Source: a virus
Taxonomy: Duplodnaviria > Caudoviricetes
Virus record (IMG/VR): IMGVR_UViG_3300044693_000257
Location: 7,820 to 71,819 of that record
Direction: 5' to 3' (one strand)
Length of the DNA stretch: 64,000 nucleotides
Shown one piece after another: positions 35,360 to 44,715 of this stretch. Each line of letters opens with the position of its first letter. Within the stretch, counting starts at the first letter, position 1. The translations under genes were made by a program, and so were the position numbers. Below the pieces are notes generated by a model that did not search any database, was not told the DNA's origin, and worked only from the letters and a program-made list of their open reading frames with translations.

Positions 35360-35986
35360 ATGTCGGGTCTTCAAACCTCCGTCAAGCGCGCCTACACCAC
35401 TGGCTTTCCCGGCCAGCTGGTGGAGGACGGCCCCAAGCGCGCCCGAGTGGCCCGCATCAACTCGGCCACGCTCGGCACCGATCCGGGCGCATCGACGAAT
35501 CGGATCAGCCGTGCGTTCGGTTATGCATCGGACATCGGCGCGAGCGGCAGCACGTATGCCGTGCGTGAAGTCATGGTCAACGTCGGTGGGCCGGACTTCT
35601 TCGGTATCCTCGGTCATCCGCAGCGTTACGCGCTGTATGGAACGTCTGGCAACTCGCTCGCGGCTTCGGTCGATCTTCCACAAGGCGCAGAAGGCGAGTT
35701 CTTCGACATGGCAACCGGCCTGATCGTTGAACTGTTCAACGAGACGACGGGCACAGTCAACCCGACTTACGGTGACCAACTGTGCTACGTGCCGAACAAC
35801 ATCAGCACGGCCAACAACGCGCTGGCGCTGCCGTATGGTGCGCTGTTCAGCATCGCAGCGGGTGCCTCCGTCCCCACCGGCATGGTCCTTATTCCCAATG
35901 CGCGCATCGTATCGCCTCTGTCGCTCGCGGCATCGGCGCTGGGCGCTTTGGTGTCGGGTTCGGCCATCGTCCAACTCACGCAGTAA
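35360..35986 (+). CDS. Head decoration/cement protein
   Basis: Lies between DUF2213 and the capsid gene; [11 protein letters not shown] motif. Confidence 0.7.
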   Translation: MSGLQTSVKRAYTTGFPGQLVEDGPKRARVARINSATLGTDPGASTNRISRAFGYASDIGASGSTYAVREVMVNVGGPDFFGILGHPQRYALYGTSGNSLAASVDLPQGAEGEFFDMATGLIVELFNETTGTVNPTYGDQLCYVPNNISTANNALALPYGALFSIAAGASVPTGMVLIPNARIVSPLSLAASALGALVSGSAIVQLTQ

Positions 35987-36018
35987 TAGCGCGTACAACC
36001 ACAGGAGCGATAAAGATT

Positions 36019-37161
36019 ATGTTGCGCCCTTCCAAAACTCGCTCGTACATCGCTGCGCGCAAAGTGCGTCCGTTGGCGATGGACAGCAAAGAAATCACCA
36101 TTGCAGCGGTGAACAAGCTTGCCGAGAAATTCGGCATCGTGTTCGACCACGCAACGGTGTTGCAGCAGGTCAAGTTGCTGAACGAGGGCTCGCCCTCTGG
36201 AGCGATGGACGCTGCATTCGTTGCACCGGCCACGGCCGCTTCGCTGCCGACTCCGGTGCAGTTCCTCCAAACCTGGCTGCCAGGCTTCATCAAAGTGATG
36301 ACGTCGGCTCGCAAAATCGACGACATCGTTGGGGTGAAGACGGTCGGCAGCTGGGAAGATCAGGAAATCGTACAAGGCATCGTCGAACCTGCCGCGACGG
36401 CCACGGAATATGGTGATTACACCAACATTCCGCTCGCAAACTGGAACACCAACTTCATCAAACGCACCATCGTTCGCGGTGAACTCGGTATCTCGGTTGG
36501 CCTGCTCGAAGAAGGTCGAAGCGCAGCGATGCGTCTGTCGTCAGCTGAAACGAAGCGTCAAGGCGCGGCTGTCGGTCTGGAAATCTTCCGCAATGCGGTT
36601 GGCTTCTATGGCTGGAACAGCGGCAACAACCAAACGTTCGGGTTCTTGAACGATCCGAACCTGCCGGCATATGTCGCTTCGAGCGTCACCGGTGGCTGGA
36701 ACGGTGCCAACGGCACGTTCCAGGGCATCACCGGCGATATCCGGATGGCCATCGTCACGCTCCGCACGCAGTCGCAAGACCAAATTGACCCGGAAAAGGT
36801 CGAAATGACGCTGGCTCTGCCCACGGACAAGGTGGATTACCTCTCGGTGACCACGGATTTCGGGGTGTCGGTGCGCGACTGGCTCACGCAGACGTATCCG
36901 AAAATCCGTGTTGTATCGGCACCGGAACTCGGTGGTGCAAACGGCGGCGCGGACGTGTTCTATCTCTTCGCCGAAGACATCGATTCGAGCATCGACGGCT
37001 CCACGGACGGCGGCGAAACGTTTTCGCAGCTGGTCCAGACGAAGTTCGTCACGCTCGGCGTCGAGAAGCGCGCCAAGTCCTATGTCGAGGACTATAGCAA
37101 CGGGACTGCTGGTGTCCTGTGTAAACGCCCTTGGGCTGTTGTGCGCGTGACGGGCATCTAA
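36019..37161 (+). CDS. Major capsid protein (DUF2184/HK97 fold)
   Basis: AMDAAF...[19 protein letters not shown]...[10 protein letters not shown]; AGGAG RBS. Confidence 0.92.
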   Translation: MLRPSKTRSYIAARKVRPLAMDSKEITIAAVNKLAEKFGIVFDHATVLQQVKLLNEGSPSGAMDAAFVAPATAASLPTPVQFLQTWLPGFIKVMTSARKIDDIVGVKTVGSWEDQEIVQGIVEPAATATEYGDYTNIPLANWNTNFIKRTIVRGELGISVGLLEEGRSAAMRLSSAETKRQGAAVGLEIFRNAVGFYGWNSGNNQTFGFLNDPNLPAYVASSVTGGWNGANGTFQGITGDIRMAIVTLRTQSQDQIDPEKVEMTLALPTDKVDYLSVTTDFGVSVRDWLTQTYPKIRVVSAPELGGANGGADVFYLFAEDIDSSIDGSTDGGETFSQLVQTKFVTLGVEKRAKSYVEDYSNGTAGVLCKRPWAVVRVTGI

Positions 37162-37270
37162 TCGCTGCGTAAAGCAGTGACTGAGGGCTGAGGTGAGAAT
37201 CTCAGCCCATTTACACATCGACCGCACAAGCTTCAGGGGCTGCAGCGGCGTAAATACAAGGACTGAGCAA

Positions 37271-37735
37271 ATGTCGGACGTGTACGTACTTTCCACCATG
37301 ACCAACGCGGTCACGTATCGCACCTATCGTTTCATCGGCGATCCGAAGAACAACCAGAATCAGAGTTTGCTGCCAATTCCGGAGCCGGACCCGATCACGA
37401 TTCGCGGCGGCGCCAATCGACCGAACCAAAAGGGTGGCTTTGGGGATACCAGCGAGGACTTGAATGGTAATGTCCTCTGGACTCCTCGCGGCGTCGTCAC
37501 GAGACTGACCCAAGAGCAGTACGACAAGGTCAAGGAACACTGGCTGTTCCAGAAGCATTTGACCGGCGGGTTTCTGGTTGTCCTTGACAAGGAGCCTGAT
37601 CACAAGCGTGTCAAGCGCATGGTGGAGGACGGCGAAATCAACAAGGACGACAAGGCCGCGCAGCTGACGAAAGATACGGTGGCGCAGCGCATCAAGGTAA
37701 AGACGCCGACAAAAGAATCGAACCAGGAGTGGTAA
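37271..37735 (+). CDS. Conserved virion/head-completion-region protein
   Basis: Position after the capsid gene; ITIRGGAN..TPRGVVT motif. Confidence 0.65.
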   Translation: MSDVYVLSTMTNAVTYRTYRFIGDPKNNQNQSLLPIPEPDPITIRGGANRPNQKGGFGDTSEDLNGNVLWTPRGVVTRLTQEQYDKVKEHWLFQKHLTGGFLVVLDKEPDHKRVKRMVEDGEINKDDKAAQLTKDTVAQRIKVKTPTKESNQEW

Positions 37736-37738
37736 TCG

Positions 37739-38197
37739 ATGCCAGCCTACAACGATGCGAATTTCAGGCAGCTTTTCACGGTCTTTGCAGACACAACGAA
37801 GTATCCGACTGCCACCCTGTCCATGTACTGGACGGTCGCGTCTGATTACATCAGCACAGACGACAACCCGTGCAACAACCTGAACGGCGCATCGTTGCAG
37901 CTGGCACTTGATCTGATGTGCGCGCACCTGACGACGTTGTTCACGGCCGATGCCGGGAACGTCGCAGGCGGCGGCGACCCTGGCCAACAAGCCACAATCG
38001 AAACGTCATCGACGATTGGCGCCATCAGCGTTTCAAATCTTCCTCCTCCTGTCAAGGATGCGTGGGATTATTGGCTGAATCAGACGGCGTATGGCCAGCA
38101 GCTTCTTGCCTTGCTGAAGGTCAAAGCCGTTGGCGGATTCTATGTCGGTGGTCTTCCAGAGGGCGCGGGATTCCGGAAGTTTGGCGGAGTGTTCTAA
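37739..38197 (+). CDS. Head-tail adaptor (DUF4054-like)
   Basis: FR..F..F.D..KYP...LMCAHL...WLNQTAYGQQL. Confidence 0.8.
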   Translation: MPAYNDANFRQLFTVFADTTKYPTATLSMYWTVASDYISTDDNPCNNLNGASLQLALDLMCAHLTTLFTADAGNVAGGGDPGQQATIETSSTIGAISVSNLPPPVKDAWDYWLNQTAYGQQLLALLKVKAVGGFYVGGLPEGAGFRKFGGVF

Positions 38198-38584
38198 ATG
38201 ACCACGCCAGGATCGAACATTCTGAAGCGCGCGTCACGTCTGATCAAAATGCAGACGGTGCAGTATTATGCCGCCACCGGACGCACGCTCAATGCCGCTC
38301 GTCAATGGATACCAGCGTTTGCTGCTGCAGTACCGTTGCGCGCGAGCATTCAGATGGTTCCGCGCTCAAGCTATGCCGACTTGGGGTTGGACTTCAACAA
38401 GGTGTATGTGAACATATTCGCGGCTGCAAACCTAATCGATTTGCAGCGTGACACGAGCGGCGATCGTTTCATCTGGTCTGGTGATTTGTATCAGATGCAA
38501 AATGAGAATAGCTGGTTTGTGCAAGATGGTTGGGCCAGCGCCCTAGCCGTGAGATACAAGCAGAACGCAACTGGACCTGCGTGA
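38198..38584 (+). CDS. Head closure/head-tail joining protein
   Basis: Synteny; LIDLQRDTSGDRFIW.G..Y...WF..DGW. Confidence 0.7.
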   Translation: MTTPGSNILKRASRLIKMQTVQYYAATGRTLNAARQWIPAFAAAVPLRASIQMVPRSSYADLGLDFNKVYVNIFAAANLIDLQRDTSGDRFIWSGDLYQMQNENSWFVQDGWASALAVRYKQNATGPA

Positions 38585-39177
38585 TGAATGACAATGCACT
38601 TATTGGTGTAATCGCAACGCAGCTTGAGGCCGCGAGCGCGAGCGCAGGGTGGAATTATGCAGTCGTGCAGAAGGATCAACCTACGCAAGAAGGTATACCG
38701 ACTGCCCCAACCATATTCTTTGAGAAGCTATTTGATGTTGAGTATGGCTTTCCTATGGTGAGCTATCCGACGTACAACCAGGCTTCAAACACGTTCACGC
38801 AACAGGAAGATCAATGGACTGAGACACATTTTCAAGTGTCCGCACTGGTCATTCAGGACGTTACCAACCTGAGTCTTCCTACAGCGTCCGATGTAGTAAA
38901 CTACATGAAGCAGTACATAAACAGCAGGGCGTGTTTGGCTCAGCTGAAGGCAGCAGGCGTCGGAATCCTTCGAATAACGGACATAAGAAATCCGTACTTC
39001 AAGGATGACCGAGAAGTCTATGAGGCCAACCCGAATTTTGATGTAATACTGCAGCACAAACGCACGATCACGGCAAGCGTTGGTGCATCCAACAAAGTGG
39101 TCGGAGCAACGGTTACAGGAATTCAAGGACAAGGTGTGTTTCCAGTGATTGATAATCCTGGCGAGACTGCTGGCTGA
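38581..39177 (+). CDS. Tail terminator/neck protein
   Basis: Synteny in the neck module; GTG/ATG start coupled to the upstream stop. Confidence 0.65.
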   Translation: MMNDNALIGVIATQLEAASASAGWNYAVVQKDQPTQEGIPTAPTIFFEKLFDVEYGFPMVSYPTYNQASNTFTQQEDQWTETHFQVSALVIQDVTNLSLPTASDVVNYMKQYINSRACLAQLKAAGVGILRITDIRNPYFKDDREVYEANPNFDVILQHKRTITASVGASNKVVGATVTGIQGQGVFPVIDNPGETAG

Positions 39178-39680
39178 TGGCCAAAAAGAAAAACCTCGTT
39201 GAGAAGCACCTGGAAGCGCTCAAAGCGCTGAAGGATGGCTATGTAATCGAGGCTGGTTGGTTTGAAACAAATCGATATAAAGCGGCAAAGGACGTGCCTG
39301 AGAAGATGGTCGGTCAGCCAATCGCAAAGATTGCTCGCATCCAAGAGTTCGGGGCGTCAATCAAGCGCGGCGATAAGACGATCACGATTCCAGCGCGTCC
39401 TTTCATGCGTCTGGCTCATTCCAAATTCGGATCAAAGCGCAGATCGATTCAGAAGAAAATTGCGCGTCAACTTATTGATGGCGAAATAACGTCTCAGCAA
39501 GCTGCTGGTCAAATTGGGTTGGCGCTGGAAGGCTGTATTGTCGATAGCATCAAAAACGGCGGTTGGACGCCAAATGCAGAATCGACGGTGAAGAATAAGG
39601 GATTCGATAAGCCCCTTATTGACTCCTCGCAGATGTGGCAAGGTGTCACGAGTCAAGTAACAACGGTGAAGAAAAGTTAA
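39177..39680 (+). CDS. Neck/tail-completion protein (HK97 gp10-like)
   Basis: IPARPFMR, PNAESTVKNKGFDKPLIDS..M. Confidence 0.8.
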   Translation: MAKKKNLVEKHLEALKALKDGYVIEAGWFETNRYKAAKDVPEKMVGQPIAKIARIQEFGASIKRGDKTITIPARPFMRLAHSKFGSKRRSIQKKIARQLIDGEITSQQAAGQIGLALEGCIVDSIKNGGWTPNAESTVKNKGFDKPLIDSSQMWQGVTSQVTTVKKS

Positions 39681-39698
39681 CCTAATGGAGAAACGGAC

Positions 39699-41555
39699 GT
39701 GATTAGCCAGTCCCGTTATATCAACATCGTATCCGGCGTGGGTGCTGGCGCGGCGGTGGCCCAGCGTCAGTTGATCCTTCGCTTGATGACGCAGAACAAC
39801 CTTCTGCCGCCTGGACTCGTTGCCGAGTTCGTCAACGCCTCCTCGGTTGGTGCATACTTTGGCATGCAGTCTGAGGAATACTATCGTGCCTTGGCATACT
39901 TTGCCTTCATCAGCAAGCAAGTCACATCGCCGCAGCGCATTTCGTTCGCGCGCTGGGTTTCGGCAGCGATTGCGCCGATGATCGTTGGCGACACAATCGC
40001 TAAAGTGCTATCGTCGCTTGTCGCCATCACAGCTGGAACATTGACGATCAACAGCGGTGCGACGCCATCCAACATCACAGGCGTCAACCTCTCGACGGCA
40101 ACGACGTTGACGCAAGTTGCATCGCTGCTGCAGACTGCCCTCCAAGCCGCGGGCACGGTCATCGGCGCTCCCGGCGCGCCAACGACCGGATCGACTGCTG
40201 GCGGAACGCTTGCTGGTGCGACGTATTACGTCAAGGTCACATACACCAACTCGATTGGTGAAACGCTTCCGTCGAATGAGCAGACGCAGGTTGTGGCGGC
40301 AAACAACCTGTTGACGGTGACATCGCCCGCTGCATTGACTGGCGCCACCGGATACAACGTGTACGTGTCCACTGCGACCGGCACGGAAACGAAGCAGAAC
40401 ACGACGCCAATTGCCATCGGCACCAACTGGACAGAGCCCACGACTGGTCTCGTCAGCGGCGCATCCGTTCCCACGTCAAACACGACCGGCAATGCGCAGT
40501 TGACGACGTGCACGGTGACGTACAACACGAACACGAATCAGTTTGTGCTCACTGGCTCCACGCCTGGTTCCGGATCGCTGTCGTGCACGCCTTCTGGCCT
40601 TGCGACGGACCTTGGCCCGTTGCTCGGCTGGACGACTTCCGGCACGGTGCTGGTCGCGGGTCAAGCAGCGGATACTCCTGATGTGGCTGTGTCCAAATCG
40701 GCTGCAATCAGCAACAACTTCGGCTCGTTCGTGTATTGCACGCCATCCTCCCCGCTCACCAATGCGCAAATTGCACTGATTGCGCAGTGGACCGACGCGC
40801 AGAACAACCAGTACATGTATTCGCTGGCGACGCCGTTGGCCAACCTGCAAACTCTGTACGCGCTCATCAAGGGTTACAGCGGCGTCGCAATCAACATTCT
40901 TTCGACAACGCAGGCAAACGACTACGTTGAGCAGTCGCCCTGCGAAATCCTCGCTGCGACGAACTACAACAACCCTGCTGCGTCGCAGAACTATATGTTC
41001 TACCAGTTCGCTTCGCGTAACGTGACGGTGAGCGACGACACTACGGCCAACACGGTTGACGCAAGCCGTGGCAACTACATCGGTGTCACGCAGTCTGCAG
41101 GTCAGCAACTTGCATTCTATCAGCGAGGCGTTCTGTGCGGAGGATCGCAGGCCGCTGTGGACATGAACACGTTCGCGAACGAAATGTGGATCAAGTCCTC
41201 GTTCAGCGCAAACTTCCTGTCGCTGTTCCTGAATGTGCCCGAAGTCCCGGCTGATCCTGTTGGGGCCGGTATGCTCCTCGGCGTCATGCAGCCGACGATC
41301 AATCTGGCAAAGACCAATGGCGTGATCGCACCGGGCAAGACCCTGACGGCCGTTCAACAGCAGTACATCACCAGCATCACGAACGATCCGAACGCGTGGC
41401 GCCAGGTTCAGACGCTTGGATACTGGTTGAACATCACGTTCACATCGCAGACGAATCCGAACAGCGGGCTGACGGAGTGGGTGGCCAACTACCTCTTCGT
41501 GTACTCGAAGTCGGATGCGATCCGCGCGGTGAATGGTTCGGACGTGATGATCTAA
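39699..41555 (+). CDS. Contractile tail sheath (DUF3383) with inserted Ig/Fn3-like domain
   Basis: [34 protein letters not shown]..., [10 protein letters not shown]; GTG start. Confidence 0.9.
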   Translation: MISQSRYINIVSGVGAGAAVAQRQLILRLMTQNNLLPPGLVAEFVNASSVGAYFGMQSEEYYRALAYFAFISKQVTSPQRISFARWVSAAIAPMIVGDTIAKVLSSLVAITAGTLTINSGATPSNITGVNLSTATTLTQVASLLQTALQAAGTVIGAPGAPTTGSTAGGTLAGATYYVKVTYTNSIGETLPSNEQTQVVAANNLLTVTSPAALTGATGYNVYVSTATGTETKQNTTPIAIGTNWTEPTTGLVSGASVPTSNTTGNAQLTTCTVTYNTNTNQFVLTGSTPGSGSLSCTPSGLATDLGPLLGWTTSGTVLVAGQAADTPDVAVSKSAAISNNFGSFVYCTPSSPLTNAQIALIAQWTDAQNNQYMYSLATPLANLQTLYALIKGYSGVAINILSTTQANDYVEQSPCEILAATNYNNPAASQNYMFYQFASRNVTVSDDTTANTVDASRGNYIGVTQSAGQQLAFYQRGVLCGGSQAAVDMNTFANEMWIKSSFSANFLSLFLNVPEVPADPVGAGMLLGVMQPTINLAKTNGVIAPGKTLTAVQQQYITSITNDPNAWRQVQTLGYWLNITFTSQTNPNSGLTEWVANYLFVYSKSDAIRAVNGSDVMI

Positions 41556-41631
41556 ACCGGTGTTGCGGCTGGTGTGAGAAATTAGAACACCAGCCGCTCG
41601 CGTACAATCAGAACATTCATTGGAGTAGCAA

Positions 41632-42090
41632 ATGGCACAAGATATTTCCGTCTTTGGCCTGACAGGGAACTTGACGGCAAGCAGCACATTCCCTAACGGC
41701 ATGTCGATTTCGGAATTCGCGGACGATGCAGACCCGCTCGATTCGCCTGATCTGGAAATCGCAGATATGTCGATGGGACCGAATGGCGATACCATCACCT
41801 GGTCGCGTCCTCAGCTGATCGAAATTGTTGTCAACGTCATCCCGCAATCGCAGGACGACTTGAACCTGACAGCGCTCGCGGATGCCAACCGCGTGGCCAA
41901 GGGCAAATCCTCGGCTCGCGACGCCATCACCATCGTCTGGACGTATCCGAACGGGATGAAGGTCACGGCAAGCGACGGCAAGATGGTCACTGGTCCTGTC
42001 GTTCAGTCCGGCGCAAGCAGTGGGCGTGCAAAAACGAAGCGTTTCGCATTCCGCTTCGGTCAAGTCGTGCGGCAGAATCCGACGAACTAA
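41632..42090 (+). CDS. Tail tube protein
   Basis: Follows the sheath; FPNG..ISEFADDADPLD, GPNGD..TWS. Confidence 0.85.
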   Translation: MAQDISVFGLTGNLTASSTFPNGMSISEFADDADPLDSPDLEIADMSMGPNGDTITWSRPQLIEIVVNVIPQSQDDLNLTALADANRVAKGKSSARDAITIVWTYPNGMKVTASDGKMVTGPVVQSGASSGRAKTKRFAFRFGQVVRQNPTN

Positions 42091-42093
42091 AGC

Positions 42094-42420
42094 ATGCTGG
42101 CTATTCCGCTGGCCCAGGTGCCAAATCAGCAGATTTCGTTCAACGCAGACGGCGTACTGTGGACGGTCAAGGCGTATCAGGCCATCAATCACATGTGCGC
42201 CGACATATCGAAGAACGAAGTCCCTGTGGTCAGCGGAGTTCGTTGTTTTGGTGGTGTTGCTCTTTTGCAGTATCCGTACATGTACGCTCCGAATCTCGGA
42301 AACTTCATCTTTGACTCGGATGCAGACTGGACGAAATTTGGCGCAACTTGCCAATTGTACTATCTGGAACAAAGCGAAATATCGACGTTCCTGAACGCCT
42401 TGAGCAGTGGGGTCATCTAA
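42094..42420 (+). CDS. Baseplate-associated protein
   Basis: IPL..VPNQQISF motif of P2/Mu-like small baseplate proteins; synteny. Confidence 0.6.
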   Translation: MLAIPLAQVPNQQISFNADGVLWTVKAYQAINHMCADISKNEVPVVSGVRCFGGVALLQYPYMYAPNLGNFIFDSDADWTKFGATCQLYYLEQSEISTFLNALSSGVI

Positions 42421-42785
42421 TGGCGACGCAAACGATTCAGTGTGATGACAACAACGATCTGTACTTGCCGGATGGTCGCAATCTTGTCATCATCACAGGG
42501 TCTGCCGCGTGCGCGCAAAACCTCAAGCAGAAGTCGCTGATGCGACTCGGAGAAGACCAGTACAACGTAAATGATGGCGTTGACTACTTTGGGACGATTT
42601 TCACGCCGCAGCCGGATTACGATGCTGCGCGACAATCGATCTCACAAAACCTTTTGGAGTGCCCTGACGTACTCTCGATTAATTCGCTGACGATCACGCC
42701 GCAAGGCGATCAATTCGGATATGAGGCTGATGTGCACACCATCTACGGATCAATCACGACTGGCACCGGAGGAGTAACGCCATGA
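42420..42785 (+). CDS. Baseplate wedge/sheath initiator (gp25-like)
   Basis: NDLYL.DGRNL...LGE..YNVNDGVDYF...DVLSI...T.YG. Confidence 0.7.
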   Translation: MATQTIQCDDNNDLYLPDGRNLVIITGSAACAQNLKQKSLMRLGEDQYNVNDGVDYFGTIFTPQPDYDAARQSISQNLLECPDVLSINSLTITPQGDQFGYEADVHTIYGSITTGTGGVTP

Positions 42786-43003
42786 GCAATGTCACAAACC
42801 ACAAACAAGTAGCTCACGGCGTTGTTGAATTCAACATCCAGCCGTCCACAAGCGCGGCTGTTGTCCAAGCCGACGAGACTGCACCTGTCGTAGAAGGGCT
42901 GATTGTTCACCCGATGTCGACGGGTCCGGCCCCTGGCCCGGTGGTCCAGCACGCTACCGGTCCGGCACTGGCGTCGCTCGACGAAGACCAAGCTGCCGAG
43001 TAA
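42782..43003 (+). CDS. Small hypothetical protein
   Basis: ATGA coupled; GGAG RBS. Confidence 0.5.
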   Translation: MSNVTNHKQVAHGVVEFNIQPSTSAAVVQADETAPVVEGLIVHPMSTGPAPGPVVQHATGPALASLDEDQAAE

Positions 43004-43011
43004 GGTGATCT

Positions 43012-43509
43012 GTGATTGATGTCAGCGCGTTCGGGACAGGCATAACCATCATCGCCACCACATCGTTTCCGATGGGGTTCTCTCTGTCCAAATTCGCTGA
43101 CGACGAAGACCCGTTGAGTATTGAGCAGGTAGAAGTCAGCGGATTCGAGAAGTTGTATGATGGCAGCATCTTCATCTACGACAAAACATCGCCGATTTTG
43201 CTCAGTGTTGGCGTCGCTCCCAATACAGATGACGACATTAATCTGAAGATTTTGCTGCAGATGCGCAAATCCTCGCCATCCCTCCTTCCGCTTCCTGATG
43301 TCACATCGATGGTGGTCAACTATCCGGATGGCGGCAGGGTGATTCTGTCGAACGGATCAATAATCAGCGGCGCAATCGCCGATTCCATCACGTCGCAGGG
43401 GCGCAAGAAAGGCAACGCGTACCACTTCGTCTTCGGGACGTTCGCGGGCGCTCAAAGTTTCACAGAGTTGGCCGCTGGGGTTGTTCAAACGGCGCTTAGC
43501 TTGGCGTGA
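43012..43509 (+). CDS. Tail-tube paralog (tube initiator-like)
   Basis: TTSFPMGFSLSKFADDEDPL parallels SSTFPNGMSISEFADDADPL of 41632. Confidence 0.75.
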   Translation: MIDVSAFGTGITIIATTSFPMGFSLSKFADDEDPLSIEQVEVSGFEKLYDGSIFIYDKTSPILLSVGVAPNTDDDINLKILLQMRKSSPSLLPLPDVTSMVVNYPDGGRVILSNGSIISGAIADSITSQGRKKGNAYHFVFGTFAGAQSFTELAAGVVQTALSLA

Positions 43510-43513
43510 TGCG

Positions 43514-44077
43514 ATGCCAAACAGCATCCTATCCAGTCTGCTTTCTAAGGCATCCCTGTCGATAAAGAGCAATGCGACAGGCTTGGACATAGCGACAAAC
43601 CTGAAAGTATCCAGGGTGATGTTCAAATACTGCTCTCGCGTTATGCGTCATAAACGTGAGGACGGCACGAGCATTGTTGATGCTCGCATCATTCTTCCGT
43701 CTGTCGTTGAGATCGACGTCATCTGTGAGACGATTGATGACCTGGCATTGGTCAACGCAGTGATGCTTGATCGAACCACCGTATACACGATCAAATCCAA
43801 AGGTCTGATCATCGAAAATATGATGTCCGAAGTCGATGCCATCCGGCAGACGTCAGACGTCATAAGCGCAACGCCAATACGGATGTCATTCACATCGCTA
43901 TTGATACAAGGCAACTCGAAGGTTCCTTCGGTGCAGCAGCCTTCTGACTCATCGCTAATCGACAAGGGGCTGCAGGACATATCGCAAGCCGTCCAGGGCG
44001 TCCAGGGCCTGATAACGAACGTCCAAACGACCGTTCTGGGCCTCGCGGCTCAGGTCAAATCTAACCTGGGGTTGTAA
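43514..44077 (+). CDS. Baseplate/tail-tube-fold structural protein
   Basis: Paralogous to 44077 (MPNSILSSLL vs MANSILSTLL; IILPS; ISATPI vs ISASKI). Confidence 0.65.
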   Translation: MPNSILSSLLSKASLSIKSNATGLDIATNLKVSRVMFKYCSRVMRHKREDGTSIVDARIILPSVVEIDVICETIDDLALVNAVMLDRTTVYTIKSKGLIIENMMSEVDAIRQTSDVISATPIRMSFTSLLIQGNSKVPSVQQPSDSSLIDKGLQDISQAVQGVQGLITNVQTTVLGLAAQVKSNLGL

Positions 44078-44715
44078 TGGCCAACTCCATCCTTTCGACG
44101 CTGCTGCAAAAGCCGCAGTTCAAGGCTGTCAACGAGAAAAGCGGATCATCGCTTTGGACTGATCTGTCCATCGTCGCCGTTGAGATTGACAACTCCAGCG
44201 ACAACACAGAGAAGCCGATTTCGAATCAGGTCATCGTTGACAATCAAACTGTCCAACAAATTCAAGAGCAGGATATTCAGAGCATTCGAATCATTCTGCC
44301 GAGCCGTTTGAAGGTTACAGCACTATGCTCTAATATCTCGACAGTTGAAAACGTCATATCGACGTTTCTTGACGACACCGCTACAATATCGATTACGACG
44401 AAATCGATTATCACATCATATTTGGTATTAACCGATGTGGAAATCGAGCAAAGCGCTGAGATGATTTCAGCGTCAAAGATCACCTTGATTTTCGAGCAAA
44501 CGCAGCCACCGGCGAACTCCGGATATGCACCAGAGCAGTCAGCAGACGCTTCTGTGTACGGCGTATCAATACAGAATCCGCCAACGGTCGTGCCGCTTGC
44601 GTCGCTTGTCAAAGCGGTTTCGAGCGCGGCGTTTGTGCCGACTATCTCTGTGAGTGGCGCGCTGATTGATCAGGCAGGTGGACCCTTCATTTTGGATTCT
44701 TCTCGACTAGCATGA
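44077..44715 (+). CDS. Baseplate/tail-tube-fold structural protein
   Basis: Paralog of 43514; TAATG coupling. Confidence 0.65.
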   Translation: MANSILSTLLQKPQFKAVNEKSGSSLWTDLSIVAVEIDNSSDNTEKPISNQVIVDNQTVQQIQEQDIQSIRIILPSRLKVTALCSNISTVENVISTFLDDTATISITTKSIITSYLVLTDVEIEQSAEMISASKITLIFEQTQPPANSGYAPEQSADASVYGVSIQNPPTVVPLASLVKAVSSAAFVPTISVSGALIDQAGGPFILDSSRLA

